64,000 nt of DNA from Negaprion brevirostris (Eukaryota), in contig JARDVH010000084.1 in NCBI GenBank assembly GCA_030324005.1, positions 34,120,917 through 34,184,916 of the forward strand, read 5' to 3'. This document shows positions 26,301 through 36,968 of the stretch, one piece after another (position 1 is the stretch's first letter; the number at the start of each line of letters is the position of its first letter). The notes under the pieces were generated by a model. It did no database searches, was not told the origin of the DNA, and saw nothing but the letters and a program-made list of their open reading frames with translations. A program made the position numbers and the translations under genes.

Positions 26301-29150
26301 TCCTCAAACTGCACATCAGCAATTAACACCAAATTCATCTCAAACAACTTCTGTTTCTCATCCACAGACCCAACAAACTGCTTCTCAGAATAAGCTTGCA
26401 CAGACACTTGCTCAGCCAACCCATCAGGTTCAGTTGCCCATATTTCCATATCCTCAGCCTCACCCAGGTCAGTATTCCAATCTGCACTCCCTGGGTTTAC
26501 TACAGTCACACCAACCACAGCACCAGGTGCAAATGCCCACTAACTCTTGGCCTGCAGTCCTTCACTCTGCATCTAGTAACCATCCCAACATTACCTTTTC
26601 AATGCGGTCTAGCAGCAACACAGCTAATCCCAACAATATGAATCTCAATGATCCTAGTATCATCTTTGCTCAGCCTGCTGCCAGGCCTATGGGTATCTCC
26701 AACACTCCTCACGATGGACAGTGGCACAATCACATGACTCGCAGCACACTAGTGGGAAATGGCACTCTGGGAGCTTCAGGTATATTTCTTTTTCTCATTA
26801 TATTAGTATGTAACTATTATTCTTCTAATATGTAATGGACATGCTTAAATGTAATTTTATAGCTCTTTCAACTGTTTTTAGTACGTGTGCTTATATTTTT
26901 TGTCAGATGTTATCGAGCAAAAACACATTCCCTTTATGACCAGATGGCAAATGACAATGAGCTGAAAGATCATCAAATAAAATAATAAATGAGCTTAAAG
27001 ATACAGTTCGTGATAAACTCCAGAAGATGTCCAACCTGTGTTGAATTAGCTAATTTTTGGTCGGGAAAATTGTTAGGTGCTACATTTGCACTCAGAAGCT
27101 GGCTAACCCTTTGCCCTTTCCGCGCCATATGTCAGGTGAAGATAGGATTGATTCAATATCTTGTTGATGCTGTCTACCTGATGTGTGAAGGATGGCCAAT
27201 GTCAGCTTACTGGCACCTGTAGAATCAGCAAAATTGAAAGAGAAAGGAAGCAAATGAATTAATCATGCTTTCAGAAGAAGTTATGATTTTGTCTCATACG
27301 GAAACAGTAGAGCGCAAGAAAAGCAGCAAAGTACTTCCCGTATAATTGAATATTTTGGAAATATTGCAACTCAGGTTATAAAAGTATAAACTACACACAA
27401 GTACCTATAGTTTGTCACTATCAATATTTATTTCATAAGAAATAAACCAGTGAAAAAGATAGAGATCAACTTCACAATCTTTGTGTTTTGCTTTTTGAAT
27501 ACTTTATGCCCAAGGGATCCTAACAGTAAAACACCTTGTGATGATTATTTTTAATTCTCCAAAATTAGCACCAACAGAAACAAAAAAAACTTGATAAAGA
27601 TTCTATGCTATTTTTGGAGGTTAATTTAGCCTGTAATTTGCCTCTTCCCATTCGTCTCTTTTTTCATCTTAAATAACTATGTTTATATTTATTTTGAAAA
27701 TTAATCATCAATAATAGCACTTTTTAATTCATTATTACTGATAGGAATAAATTCTCATTAAACCCTCTGCGCTGTTTTTTCTCAAATGTCTAGTATTGTA
27801 TTAATATTTTGCTCATACTTCTGACAGAATGTTGTTTTTAACTGTGTTGGTGATGTAAAGTAAGTACATCTTGCAACAAAACATGTTAACAAGCTACCCT
27901 GCTACAAGGTTAAATGTGTTATTACAGAGAAAAATAATACTATGGATGAGTTACATACCACCCAGTTTGCAAATGGGACAAAAGAATGCACTTTATAGGC
28001 TTCTTAATGTTAATTTTAAGCAATCATGTCTTACAACAAACATTTGACTTTTTTTCCTCCATGGAAACGTAGATCAAAGGTTTCAGGGACAATTTGCAAA
28101 ACTAAATCCTCCACCCATACCTTGGGAGCATCATCCTCTTCCTCATTTTCAAGCACCGTGGCCTTACAGAATGCCTCAGAACTTCATTCAGCAGGGAAAT
28201 ACGAACTATCCTCAGCAGAACAAATCCTACTATTCTCAAGGTACCAATAACAGCAAGCCATTCTGATCAGGTTTAACTATTGCAGAGTGATATGGCAGGT
28301 AAATATAGGAGTCTTACTTCTCACTTTATATGTATCCCCTTGTTGTAAATGGTTTTGAGAACAGAAAGTATACCCTACATTTAATGGACCTCGTGTACAC
28401 TCCACTCAAATAGACTGTGGGAAGCCAAGAACTTTTCATGTTAAATCACAAGCATCAAATCTGTGATCCAGGATTTTATGAATTATAGAAATTGTACCTG
28501 CAACTAAATGGATGATAATCCTTAAATGCATTGGTTTTGTTCTCTTTCTGTCATCCAATTGATCCAGCCTTTCTGTGATATAGTGCAGAATACTGAAAAT
28601 ATACTGATAAATTGTGATGTGGAAGCTTAATAAAAACATGACCAACACCAAGCAGAAGCAAGAGAACAGGGCACGGGAGTGTCAAATTCCACGAAATCTG
28701 TAGTATTTTATAGATTGAACTAGGTTTTGCTGCTGGTTCATTGGGCAAAAGCAGCATATAACTGAACCATACAGACCAGTAGGTGAAGATGGTACCTAAC
28801 TTTACAACCAGCAAACTGAATTTCCCATCCAAATAATGGTGAGTTCCAGAAAACTTGTTTCACTTATGCAAAGCAACTTGCCTGTGTCTGCAACAATTGA
28901 CCTGTTGTCCCATTCACACTTAAGCAAAGTTTTTTTTAAACATACTATTGCAATTGAAGTTTGAATTTTTCAATTTGCTGGAAACGTGAATACAATGTTT
29001 ACATTCTCACAATGTAGCTCTGACATTGGTGTTTCTGTAAAACCTGTAAATATTGCTATTTTGACAGGTCCTACAATCCACAGTAACCAGCATTTTCCAA
29101 TCATGCAACAAGGAAGAATACGGATGAATTACATTCAACAAAAGAAGTGA
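2226..29150 (+). CDS. TUT4: Terminal uridylyltransferase 4 (ZCCHC11), 3' portion, 16 coding exons; 5' exons lie upstream of the window
   Basis: GT-AG exons join in frame (2093 nt). They encode [16 protein letters not shown] and GDISLYN (catalytic Asp residues), DPFDLNHN (UTP-selecting His loop), knuckles [14 protein letters not shown] and [14 protein letters not shown], and a Q/P-rich tail ending NYIQQKK*. The tail and the PRPF38A/ORC1 neighbours indicate TUT4 rather than TUT7. Confidence 0.96.
3250..4590 (+). mobile_element. Degraded CR1 LINE fragments (ORF1-like part and 3' end)
   Basis: ORF1-like GTCCATTTAGGTACCAATGACATAGG and 3' end GGCTGAATGTCCTCCTGCTGTTCCT. Confidence 0.7.
4868..4971 (+). 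CDS. TUT4: TUT4 exon ([35 protein letters not shown]), catalytic motif
   Basis: tacag|...gag|gtgaga, 104 nt. Confidence 0.96.
5640..7445 (-). mobile_element. Probable degraded LINE (APE endonuclease relic, L1/Tx1-like) inside a MITE-like element (about 5346-7718)
   Basis: The minus strand gives a frameshifted LILG-DLN (6880-6861), [12 protein letters not shown] (~6655-6620) and an SDH-like TCCTGACAT (~6576-6568), in APE order. Confidence 0.4.
9532..9589 (+). CDS. TUT4: TUT4 exon ([20 protein letters not shown])
   Basis: ttacag|...g|gtaagt, 58 nt. Confidence 0.94.
9714..10399 (-). pseudogene. NDUFV2: Processed (intronless) pseudogene of NADH dehydrogenase flavoprotein 2 (complex I 24 kDa subunit)
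   Basis: The minus strand reads ATG at 10399, then [47 protein letters not shown] and [30 protein letters not shown]...[19 protein letters not shown]. Nearly the whole CDS fits in ~690 nt with no introns. It has a stop, frameshifts, deletions and lost 2Fe-2S cysteines; an assembly gap lies at about 10038-10114. Confidence 0.93.
10636..10739 (+). CDS. TUT4: TUT4 exon ([34 protein letters not shown])
   Basis: gatag|...ttg|gtaagg, 104 nt. Confidence 0.96.
10959..11048 (+). CDS. TUT4: TUT4 exon ([30 protein letters not shown])
   Basis: ttacag|...aag|gtaaat, 90 nt. Confidence 0.96.
13309..13422 (+). CDS. TUT4: TUT4 exon ([38 protein letters not shown])
   Basis: ttatag|...gaa|gtgagt, 114 nt. Confidence 0.96.
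13570..13865 (-). mobile_element. tRNA-derived SINE with LINE-derived tail (second family)
   Basis: Close copy at 19915-20255 (ATGGGA..GGGCATC..TGGGCCAGCATTT...GGATTACTAG); fragments near 7850, 42550 and 58730. Confidence 0.75.
15240..15317 (+). CDS. TUT4: TUT4 exon ([26 protein letters not shown])
   Basis: ttgtag|...ctg|gtaata, 78 nt. Confidence 0.95.
16312..16489 (+). CDS. TUT4: TUT4 exon ([59 protein letters not shown]), PAP-associated domain
   Basis: ctttag|...g|gtatta, 178 nt. Confidence 0.96.
17144..17448 (+). mobile_element. HE1-like V-SINE
   Basis: Same head, V-domain and tail layout as 36651-36968. Confidence 0.85.
18996..19043 (+). CDS. TUT4: TUT4 exon ([16 protein letters not shown])
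   Basis: ttccag|...a|gtaagt, 48 nt; nucleotide-recognition motif. Confidence 0.96.
19136..19218 (+). CDS. TUT4: TUT4 exon ([28 protein letters not shown])
   Basis: ttgcag|...aca|gtatgt, 83 nt, follows a 92-nt intron. Confidence 0.95.
19915..20255 (-). mobile_element. tRNA-derived SINE, same family as 13570-13865
   Basis: Direct similarity between the two copies. Confidence 0.75.
21939..22054 (+). CDS. TUT4: TUT4 exon with CCHC zinc knuckle ([38 protein letters not shown])
   Basis: tttag|...ag|gtaagt, 116 nt. Confidence 0.96.
22931..23091 (+). CDS. TUT4: TUT4 exon with last CCHC zinc knuckle (...[33 protein letters not shown])
   Basis: tttaag|...g|gtaatt, 161 nt. Confidence 0.95.
24911..25005. 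repeat. AT-rich low-complexity tandem repeat
   Basis: Repeated ATAAATAAATTATAATTATATT-like units. Confidence 0.85.
25716..25834 (+). CDS. TUT4: TUT4 exon ([40 protein letters not shown])
   Basis: The taaag| acceptor keeps frame (119 nt); donor |gtgagt; the end resembles mammalian RTRQSSEC. Confidence 0.85.
26272..26779 (+). CDS. TUT4: TUT4 Q/P-rich exon ([12 protein letters not shown]...[15 protein letters not shown]...LGAS)
   Basis: tttcag|...g|gtatat, 508 nt; conserved [15 protein letters not shown]. Confidence 0.93.
28073..28240 (+). CDS. TUT4: TUT4 penultimate coding exon (DQRFQG...[20 protein letters not shown]...NKSYYSQ)
   Basis: cgtag|...caag|gtacca, 168 nt; conserved PPIPWEH and WPY. 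Confidence 0.88.
29068..29150 (+). CDS. TUT4: TUT4 last coding exon ([27 protein letters not shown])
   Basis: tgacag| acceptor, in frame to TGA at 29148-29150, followed by an AU-rich 3' UTR. Confidence 0.9.
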
Positions 29151-29564
29151 CTTAAAAAGGAATCCACACCATGATTCACAGTTGCTGATACTTAATTACT
29201 TGGGAAGGGGGAGCAGGAAATTATTTTAAGACTTTTTTTAAACTGTATGATTTGTACATAGACCAAACCTGATTGTAATTTTTACTAGTTTTTTGTTGTG
29301 ATGCATCACAATGTGACTTATGATACAGATCACATCTATTTTAATGCCTCCCATTTTTGAAGGTGGGGCAAAATCATTTTTTGTTTGAAGCTGATGGAAC
29401 TGTAAAAAAAAGCTTTTAAAAAAAACTGGATTTATTTTCTCTTTGTTGTATTCATACTTTGGCTGCCTCAGACTTTGTATATGGTTCTTAAAAAAAGAAA
29501 ATATGGTTTAAAGATGGTCAGCTGTATTCAGAGCAAAAGTATATAGTGCCAAATGCCTTTTAAA

Positions 29565-29570
29565 AATAAA
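29565..29570 (+). terminator. Probable TUT4 polyadenylation signal
   Basis: AATAAA about 415 nt after the stop, followed by T/GT-rich sequence. Confidence 0.6.
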
Positions 29571-32500
29571 CTGTAGCTTTTTAAAAACTTGGTATTTTAT
29601 TATAATTGTTGCCTCTGGACTGTCAAAGCATAGTGCACAAAGCCTCTACTGGGATCAGTTTAATTAATTCTGTATTTAATTTGTCAACAACAAAAAACTT
29701 TACAAATGTTTGGGACTCTCCTGAAAACAGCAGTTGGTACTAGTTCAGTTATTAATTTTAGGGTCTGAGATTAACAGAATTTCATTAACCAAAGGTATTA
29801 AGGGTTATGGGGAAAGTGGGTGTGTGGAGTTAGTTCACAGATCAGGCGTGCTTTCGTTGCACGGAGAAAGGGGGTAAAATGACTGTTCCTGAGTTCCTCA
29901 ACTAATGAACTGAGTATCACATTGATCTTAAGGAATCCATGCAGTAAAGCCTCTTGACGACAGACACCATAGGGACACAATAGGCATCTGCTGTTTTTTT
30001 TTTGCAGGTGATCCTATTTTCAAAATGGTCATTGTATGAACTGTAAAAAAAAAAGTTGAATGGGAAACCCTCTGTTTCTGGGATAGAGCTATGGAAACAT
30101 TCAATCCCAGAGATCCAGTTGTTTCTTTGGCATAATGTATGCTGGATAAAGAGCTCTCAGTTACACCAAAACTCTCATCTTGCAGTGACTGGCATATCTT
30201 GATGTGAGAATTTGGTTACGGAAGGGAAGTAAGCTGCAAACAGAAGTGCCTGGGAACTCAACTCTGAAAGTTCCGGATTAGCAGCTTTGCAAAGAGCAGC
30301 AGTCTTGGTTTTAAGTTGTAAAAGGACTGGTGTACTCATTCTTTGAGTGTGTCCATTTACACAGATTTCACTGCAACAACAAGCATCCAGCTCTGTCTCC
30401 CAATTTTATCCTATCTCTTTGGAAACTTCCTCTTCACGTCATTCCAATATGGTTCCTAGCTTTTTTGACAGCACAAACAGCCCTAACCAGTCACAAATGA
30501 CTTACTTTGTGCTTTGTGACCATTATGCATTGTCCCTCCACAACTCTTCAGCAATGCTCAACACTGAACCATGTTATCCTGTTGCAACATCTCCACCATC
30601 ATCCAGCATTTGGACTGATGTCCACAGCTAACTATATGAGCATAGGCGGTGCACGTTAAACGTTTCTGTCTCTTGCAGCTTAACCTGTTGAATCCCACAA
30701 AAATCTAGTTTACCCGTTCCTTTCTTTAATTTACATTCTGTTGCAAAGTGACATTGTTAGCAATTTACGCTCTAATGACATCCAGCTCTGCCTCTCCCCA
30801 ACTTCCTTCGGTTCTCTCTATGCACCACCACCCCCCGACCCCAACATGCTTCTTTGTTGTCAAACTACTTATTTAAAATTTTGGTTTTTGATAAGTCTGA
30901 ATATATTTCTGTTAAACATCAGAAAGAACATCTTCAACCACCACCACAAAGTTTGCTATCATTGATGACTCCATTCCTCTCTTTTGCTAGTGCCTAAGGT
31001 TAAAGCAGGCCAAACTCCAGTAGCCTGCCAAACACCTGAGCTGAATTTTCAGCTCCATATCCTCTTCATCTCAACACGTACTTCCATTTCCATAACGTAA
31101 CCTGCTTTCCTCCTCACAAGGCATCTTTGAAATCTGCAAACTTACCTTCATCTCTTCGGAATCTAAGCCTAATGACCATTTAATAAGATCATAGCTGAAC
31201 TGGTAGTGGTCGCAACTCCCCATTTCTGTCTGGTCCCCATAACCCTCAACTCCCTTGTCTATCAAAAGTCTACCCAGCTCAGCCTTGAATAATTTCAATG
31301 ACCCAGCCTCCTCCTGAGAGAAAACAAATTCACCTTTTCTCCATCTTAAAAGGCAACCTCGTATTTTTTGATTGTGTTCCCCAGTTCTAATCTCCATAAG
31401 AGGAAACACCCTTCCTGTATTCACCCTATTGAATCCACTCGGCTCTTCATCCCATGTATGAGACAAATGAACCTTATCTGAACTGCTTTTAAGGCATTTA
31501 GATCCAAAGTTGTATATTGTATTCCAAAAGTGGTCTCACCAAGGCCTTGCACAACTGTTGCAAAACTTCCCTACTTTTACATTGCAATAAAGACCTACTT
31601 TCCATTTGCTTTCCTAATCACTTACTGTACCTGCATGCTAACTTTGAGATTCATGAACCAAATCAGTCAGACCCCTCTGTATTGCAAAGTTCCACAATCG
31701 TCATTTAAATAATATGCTGTTTTTCTGTTCTTCCTGAAGTGGCCAAGTTCACATTTTCCCACATTAGACTCCATCTACCAATTTTTTGCCAATTCACTGA
31801 ACCTATCTATAACCCTTTGCAGACTTCTTATTTCCTTTCAACTTATTCTCCTGGTCATCTTGGTGTCATCAGCAACTGTAGTACCATACTTTCAGTCCCT
31901 TTATCCAAATCATTAATATAAGTTGCAAACAGTTGAGACCCCGGCATTGATCCCTGTGGCATACCATTAGTTACAACTTGCTACTGCCTGTGAAATATTC
32001 TATACAGACACTTGACCATTTTATCACTCAAAAACATGCCTACCCACGTACTCCTAATTTGAGACAACAGAGGGCTGCGTTTCACACTTAGTTTTATTAA
32101 AACACTTGCAGGTTACAGGAACAACTCTTACATAATGTTAACTTGTCCCCAAACTAGGCTGACTACCAGAAGAACACAAATATTACCCACTCTAATAAAC
32201 TTGACCAGGCTGTCTGATTCAATTCACCGAGCTCGCGTCAATGGATAAAGGCGTATATCCTTCTTTCAAGATATGGTTCCAGGGAGCCTGGTTGAAACTG
32301 GGGAATGCGCAAACCTAATGGGGGGCGATCTTCCCAAAAAAATTCTAAGTGTTATAAAAGTCTGAAAATGGGGGTGTGCCACACCGGTACTGCAATCTTC
32401 TTGTCACTTGTTAGTTTTTTGATCACTGGAAGACTTGTGCAGAGGGGAGCCTGAATAAGCCAGTGAAACCAGCTGAAGACTGATCGGGACACCATTACAC

Positions 32501-33540
32501 AGGGTGCCCCGATTTGACCATGAAGTGGGAGACCTCCTGCAATACCCTCCTGCCAGCCTCCCCCCCACCCCCACAGACATCGGGCAGTCACCCATCATCA
32601 GTGGTGTGTTTTTCCCCACCCACACCAATATAGGTTGACAGCATCAGGACCATCCCAGTGAGTCCCCTGGAGGGCCCCCCCAACTGCATGTCCCTGTGCC
32701 AAACACAGCCCCCAGCATGCTACCCCTGGATCANNNNNNNNNNNNNNNNNNNNNNNNNNNNNNNNNNNNNNNNNNNNNNNNNNNNNNNNNNNNNNNNNNN
32801 NNNNNNNNNNNNNNNNNNNNNNNNNNNNNNNNNNNNNNNNNNNNNNNNNNNNNNNNNNNNNNNNNNNNNNNNNNNNNNNNNNNNNNNNNNNNNNNNNNNN
32901 NNNNNNNNNNNNNNNNNNNNNNNNNNTGAAGGCTTCAATGGTCTTCAATCCTCCTGGCATGGCTATGGGGCCTGATCCCCACTGGTGGAGACCAGCAGTG
33001 ATTCTGGCCGGTGTGTCATCGCGCCAGTGAGGATTAAATCTGGGAGGCTGGAAGATGCCGTGCAGAAGCAGGTCAGCTTTTTTACTTCTGATTATTTTTA
33101 TGTATATAGGCCTTGCTGGCAAATCAGGACCAGAAGGATAGCAAACTGATGTGCGCCTATCTTTTATCCCTGCCTGCGATCTTGCCAGCTCAACACGCTG
33201 ATTGACTGGCAGGGCAAGCTGGTATGATTGTACCCAAACTCTTTTTCTATTGTTCTAGCTGAGTACCTCTTGATGGTTTAAGATCGAGCCCATCTGTTCA
33301 ATACACAAGATAAATCTGGGCTGGTCCCTGTGGGCTTTTGACTCTATGGAAAACTTGGCCTGTTTGAGTTCTATTAGGCTTTTTGCTTGCTGAAGCTGTT
33401 TAGCTGTGGATTAATTTAACGTTCAATTTTATGTTGGACCTAGTTTCTTAGGCTGTTGGCCACTTGGCCACATTGCCAACCAAAAGATGACCCATTTATC
33501 CCTATTTTCTGATTCCTGTTAACTAAGCAATCCTCTATTT

Positions 33541-34362
33541 AAATGTATAATATCTCGAAATTTGCAAATCACACAAAACTGGGTGGAAAGATGAGCCATG
33601 AGGAGGATGCAAAGGTCCTTCAGTGTGATTTAGACAAGCTGAGTGAGTGGGCAAATGAATGGCACATCCAAGACATTTGAATAAATGTGAGGTTATCCAC
33701 TTTGTAGCAAAAACAGGAAGGCAGATTACTATCTGAATGACCGTAAATTAGGAAACGAGAATGTGCAACAAGAACTTAGTGTCGTCATACACCAGCCCCT
33801 GAAGGTAAGCATGCAGGCAGTAAAAAAGGCAAATGGTATGTTGGCCTTCATAGCGAAAGGATTGAAATTCAGAAGCAGGGATGTCCCAATGCAATTATAC
33901 AGGACCTTGGTGAGGCCATTACCTGAACTATAGTGTGCAGTTTTGGTCTCCTTATCTGAGGAAGGATGTCTTGCTGTAGAGGGAGTACTGAGAAAGTTTA
34001 CCAGACTGATTCCTGGGATGGCAGGTGTGAGGAAAGATTGAGTCAGTTACAATTGTATTCACTGGAATTCAGAAGAATGAGGAGGGAACCTCATAGAAAC
34101 CTATGAAATTCTAACAAGACCAGACAAGGTAAATGCAAGAAGGATGTTCCCGATGGTGGGGGTGTCCAGAACCAGGGATCTCAGCCTGAGGACAGAGATG
34201 AGGAGAAATTTCTTCACCTTGAGGTGAAGAAGATCAAAGGATATGAGGGGAAGGAGGGATCAGGCTATAGAGTTGGATGACCAGACATGATCATCTACAA
34301 TAGCAGAGCAGGCTCAAAGTGCTGAATGATCTCCTCCTGCTCCTATTTTTTATGTTACTGTG
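33541..34362 (+). mobile_element. CR1 LINE 3' fragment (end of RT plus 3' UTR)
   Basis: KFADDTKLGG-like AAATTTGCAAATCACACAAAACTGGGTGGA; LVRP..L..VQFWSPYLRKD; typical CTCCTGCTCCTAT tail. Confidence 0.9.
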
Positions 34363-34635
34363 TTAATATGTTACTCTCTATGCAGGAGCTCTTTTTTAAG
34401 TAGCAACCTTTAATGCAGCACCTTATCAAATGCCTTTTAGAAATCCAAGTATGTCACATCCACATGTTCTCCTTTATCCACTTTGTCCATTACTTTCTCA
34501 AATAACTCTAATAAATTAGTTCAATATAGTTTCCTTTTCTCAAAACCATGTTGACTCTTCGTGATCCCATTATGATTTTTCTAAGTATCCTGCTATAACC
34601 TCTTTAATCATATATTCTAGCAATTACCCCATGAC

Positions 34636-35608
34636 AAATAGTGCTGGAAAAGCTCAGCATGTTGGCAGCATCTGTAGGGAGAGAAACAGAATTAACAGCT
34701 CAAGACCGATATGACATATTTGGAATTGAAGAGAGATAGAAATGTGTTTTATGTTGTTGAAAAAGAGGGAGAAGGTCAGGTGGAGCAAAAGGAACAGTCA
34801 GAGGTAGATTAAAGGGGGGAGATTAAATACCAAAGGTGTCATGGAAACAAAAGGCAAAGAGAGTGCAAGTCCAGGTGAGCAGCAATTTACTTGCACTTCT
34901 TTCAGTTTGGTCCACTGTATTCACTGTTCAAAATGCGGTCTCTCTACACTGGGGAGACCAAATGCACATTGGGTGATCGCTTTTCAGAACACCTCCACTC
35001 ATTCTGTAAACATGATTCCAACCTTCCAGTCACTTACATTTTCAATTCACCATCTTGCTTTCACGTTTGCATCCTGTCCTAGGCTTGCGGCAGTGTTCCA
35101 ATGCAAGCTGCAGGAACAGCACCTCATCTTCTAATTAAGCACTTTATAGCCTTCTGGGCTCAACATTGAGTTTAACAAATTCAGACCATGAAATCTGTGC
35201 TCCATTTTAATTCCCCCCTCACCCCTGCACCCCACAGTGTCAGTCTGTGTCTTGTTTTCAGACTGAGCTGACCTTTATTCTACTATGAACACTTAATCTA
35301 GACAAAAGCTTTGTTTCTTTGTGACAACTTTTAGCATTCCCTTTTCCTTTTGTTCCACAGCATATTTGGCATTTGATTTCCCCCATCCTCTAAGGAATTC
35401 CTGACCTTCCTTTTTACCTTTTGTTCCACTTGATCACCAGCCTTTCAACATAAAACACATCAGATTTTTATCTTTCTTTAGTTCTGAATGAGGATCATAT
35501 TGAACTCAAAACATTCATTTTGTTTCTCTGTAGATGTTGCCACTCTGAGTTCTCCCAGCATTTTACTTTGATTTCATATCTCCAGCATCTGCCATACTCT
35601 GCTTTTAT
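34636..35608 (+). mobile_element. Penelope-like element fragment with GIY-YIG endonuclease and inverted ends
   Basis: FTCTSFSLVHCIHCSKCG / LYTGETKCTLGDRFSEH (frameshifted); the 5' end is the reverse complement of the 3' repeat. Confidence 0.85.
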
Positions 35609-36650
35609 CCCTATGATGAATATTTAGGCTAACATGATGCTAGTTTCCTGATTCTTCTATCTCTTTCCTGAATATTTTACTATTGGCTGGGATCTTACCC
35701 AAACCTAAGAAATTTTGGAAGATTATTACCAATGCCTGCCTCTACTATCTCTGCACCCCTTATTTTAATACCCTAGGATGCAGGCCATCTGGTACTGGGG
35801 ACTTGTCAGCCTTTAGGTCTAATAGTCTTCTCAGTATCCTTTTTCCTGGCAATGGTGATTTTTAACTTTCTCACTCTCACCTCTTGATTTTCAAATAATT
35901 TTGGGCAGTTTTCTAAATCTTCTCCAAAGACCAAATCTTCCCCAAAATACTTATTTTTACCATTTCCTTTATTAATTGACTCACTCTGTTTGCTCTCCCA
36001 GGAGATTACATGGCTTTGGGGTAGCAGAAAAAGATGTTTTGATCAGGATCAATCATCATGGTGCAGTGCAGGCTTGGTGAAGCAGCTGATATTTTCAAGT
36101 CTGTAATTGCAATTCAGATCGAAACCGGGCACAGTTTTCCATATTAAACTTGACCAAGTTCTTGTACAGTAACAAAATGGTATGTTGTGTTTTACAATCA
36201 ATGCCCATGAATGTACCCCAACACCTTCATCATTTTAGACATCACCACAGAATTATTCATGTGCTTTTAGGGATCTACAGACTCGAACAACCATTTCTCT
36301 TTGTCCACCTTTAATGCTTTTTCCTGAAGGATGTATGATTGATTGAACATTCACCCGGCCCTAATACATACTGCAATATTTATCCAAGTTAAACTTCAGC
36401 AGTCACAAGCCCAATCTCTCAACACACCTCAAGGTCTACCTGAAGCATCTATTAGTGTGTATGGTCTTAACACACATGTTTTGCATCCGCTACAAGCTTG
36501 TTGATCCCAACACCTCTATCCAGATCACTCATAAAAATAATAAAGAGCAATTGTGCTAATACCAATCACTGCAAGTTGCTAAACAGATTAAATAACATTA
36601 CTTCTCGTTGTGGTTGGAAATGACTGAATTGCAAATGTTAAATGTGTTGT

Positions 36651-36968
36651 GGGCAGCATGGTGGCACAGTGGTTAGCACTGCTGCTTCACAGTGCCAGGG
36701 ACCCAGGTTTAATTTCAGGTTGAGATGAATGTATGGAGTTTGCACGTTCTCCCCGTGTCTGTGTGGGTTTCCTCTGGGTGCTCCGGTTTCCTCCCACAGT
36801 CCAAAGATGTGTGGGTTCGGTGGATTGGCTATGCTAAATTGCCCCTTAGTGTCAGGGGAATAGCTTGGGTAAATGCATGGAGTTATGGGGATAGGACCTG
36901 GGTGGGATTGCAGTCGGTGCGGACTCAATGAGCCAAACGGCCTCCTTCTGCACTGTAGGATTCTATGA
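36651..36968 (+). mobile_element. Full-length tRNA-derived V-SINE (HE1-like) with CR1-type tail
   Basis: Head GGTGGCACAGTGGTTAGCACTGCTGC, V-domain GGAGTTTGCACGTTCTCCCCGTGTCTG, tail GGCCTCCTTCTGCACTGTAGGATTCTATGA. Confidence 0.9.

Larger units (their letters stand above)
31170..35960 (-). mobile_element. CR1 LINE (-) split into four pieces by three younger insertions
   Basis: Collinear pieces at ~31170-31981, 33472-33540, 34365-34635 and 35610-35960. Confidence 0.8.

Noticed and set aside
2226-29150. TUT7/ZCCHC6 identity
   Set aside because: The long Q/P-rich C-terminus and the PRPF38A/ORC1 neighbours indicate TUT4.
36651-36725. tRNA-like A/B boxes here and in other SINE heads
   Set aside because: They are SINE heads fused to V-domain and tail, not tRNA genes.
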